Below, piece by piece: positions 63,267 through 64,000 of a stretch of DNA of 64,000 bases. The position numbers and the translations under genes were made by a program. Source of the stretch: Candidatus Omnitrophota bacterium (lineage in GTDB: Bacteria; Omnitrophota; Gorgyraeia; VGKH01); NCBI GenBank assembly GCA_022703055.1, contig JAKLEP010000003.1, positions 150,238-214,237 of the forward strand, given 5' to 3'. The notes under the pieces are model-generated. The model was given only the letters and a program-made list of their open reading frames with translations. It was not told the DNA's origin and did no database searches. The number at the start of each line of letters is the position of its first letter. Position 1 is the first letter of the stretch.

Positions 63267-64000
63267 TATATTCCCCCTTGCAAATATTTTTGACTTTTCC
63301 TTCCAGCCAAACATCATAAAATTTATTATCTTTATAATTAAAATAAATATTGAGCACTTCCGTGCTTAATGTCTTTGCCTTCATCAAGAAACTTTTTGGT
63401 TTGGGTTTACCTTCAAAAATTTTCAAGAATGCGATTAAGCTTGAAGCCACTACGCCAGTACCACAAGCAAGGGTTTCTCCCTCCACACCTCTCTCGTAAG
63501 TGCGTACTCCGATAGAATCCCGGTCATAAACCTCGACAAAATCGACATTCGTCCCGCGAGGAGAGAATCTTTTGTGATATCTAATCTGCCGGCCGATATT
63601 GGCCACATCGATTTTATTCAAGCCCTCTACGAATACTACCACATGCGGAACTCCAGAATCGATGTAATTTACTTTTAAAGACCTTTGCGGAAGTTGTACC
63701 GAGATATCAAGCTGACAATCCTTGGGATGCGACATCTTTATCTTGGCGACATCCTTATTTATTTTAGCCTCAATAATTCCTGCCCTAGTAAACAATCTTA
63801 AATTCTTGGATTTAAATTTCTCACCAGCATAAATTGCCAGGCAGCGCGCGCCGTTTCCGCACATCTCGGCTTCCGAGCCGTCAGGATTAAAAATGCGCAT
63901 CCTGAAATCCTTGCTGCTTATCTTCCGGATAAGCAAAAGCCCGTCTGCGCCGATACCAGTCTTGCGTTCACAAACCCGTCTGGCTAATAAATGCGGATTA
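63259..64000 (-). CDS. dapF: diaminopimelate epimerase, 5'-truncated by the window end
   Basis: FNPDGSEAEMCGNGARC and ACGTG catalytic Cys motifs. The frame stays open upstream of the track Met to position 64000 (...GIGADGLLLIRK). Confidence 0.9.
   Translation of the reverse strand, partial: NPHLLARRVCERKTGIGADGLLLIRKISSKDFRMRIFNPDGSEAEMCGNGARCLAIYAGEKFKSKNLRLFTRAGIIEAKINKDVAKIKMSHPKDCQLDISVQLPQRSLKVNYIDSGVPHVVVFVEGLNKIDVANIGRQIRYHKRFSPRGTNVDFVEVYDRDSIGVRTYERGVEGETLACGTGVVASSLIAFLKIFEGKPKPKSFLMKAKTLSTEVLNIYFNYKDNKFYDVWLEGKVKNICKGEYNV

Noticed and set aside
11108-63317. N-terminal extensions of several track ORFs: starts at 11156, 15683, 48334 (TTG), 55925, 62189 and 63317.
   Set aside because: Each has an internal ATG with a better SD or an ATGA/8-nt coupling to the upstream stop. 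The family-typical N-terminus begins at that ATG. The longer forms overlap upstream genes or regulatory hairpins.

Overview
This is a 64-kb window of an AT-rich bacterial chromosome. The taxon cannot be assigned from the sequence alone. Every gene I can support lies on the minus strand: about 75 CDS, three sub-60-aa ORFs missing from the track, and one tRNA. The genes sit in long, tightly packed arrays with many ATGA or 8-nt start/stop overlaps. All plus-strand ORFs in the track look like antisense shadows.

Layout in plus coordinates:
- 1-11.1 kb: accessory envelope/redox region. It holds an XRE regulator, a flavoprotein, a PNPOx-like protein, an exported MsrB-MsrA fusion, a MORN-repeat protein, a B-box membrane protein, a GNAT, a secreted PIG-L deacetylase and a radical SAM/SPASM enzyme.
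- 11.1-33.8 kb: housekeeping genes. These are rsmA, pdxA, a surA-like gene, a very short mfd, secDF, yajC, rpsP, trpE, hisIFAHBD, alaS, recX, recA, mtaB, rsmE, a CcdA-like gene and an AmmeMemoRadiSam pair.
- 33.8-43.4 kb: tRNA-Ala(CGC), then a complete type IV pilus / T2SS-like operon. Its order is HTH, fused PilM/N, PilO, PilP-like, secretin, PilB, PilC, two cysteine-rich pilins and two minor pilins.
- 43.5-48.3 kb: a TPR protein, ExbB, ExbD, a TonB/TolA-like anchor and three small proteins.
- 48.4-51.2 kb: uvrA.
- 51.2-57.4 kb: a cluster of unknown product, made of DUF362, a small TM ORF, a methyltransferase-like protein, a B12-radical SAM enzyme, a radical SAM/SPASM enzyme and two GT2 glycosyltransferases.
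- 57.5-64 kb: a tiny basic tandem-repeat protein, nadX-like, a folK-panC fusion, dapL, dapB, dapA and a partial dapF.

I saw no rRNA, CRISPR array, transposase or integrase.

The most unusual signals are:
- a family of covarying palindromic hairpin elements, at 291-392, 985-1088 and filling the dapA-dapB spacer;
- tandem pilins with 8 cysteines each, one of which has no canonical start codon;
- an AmmeMemoRadiSam pair whose Memo-AMMECR1 fusion carries a lipoprotein signal;
- a minimal Mfd;
- the radical SAM/glycosyltransferase cluster.

I cannot single out one definite novel system. All functional calls rest on motif recognition by eye, with no database search.
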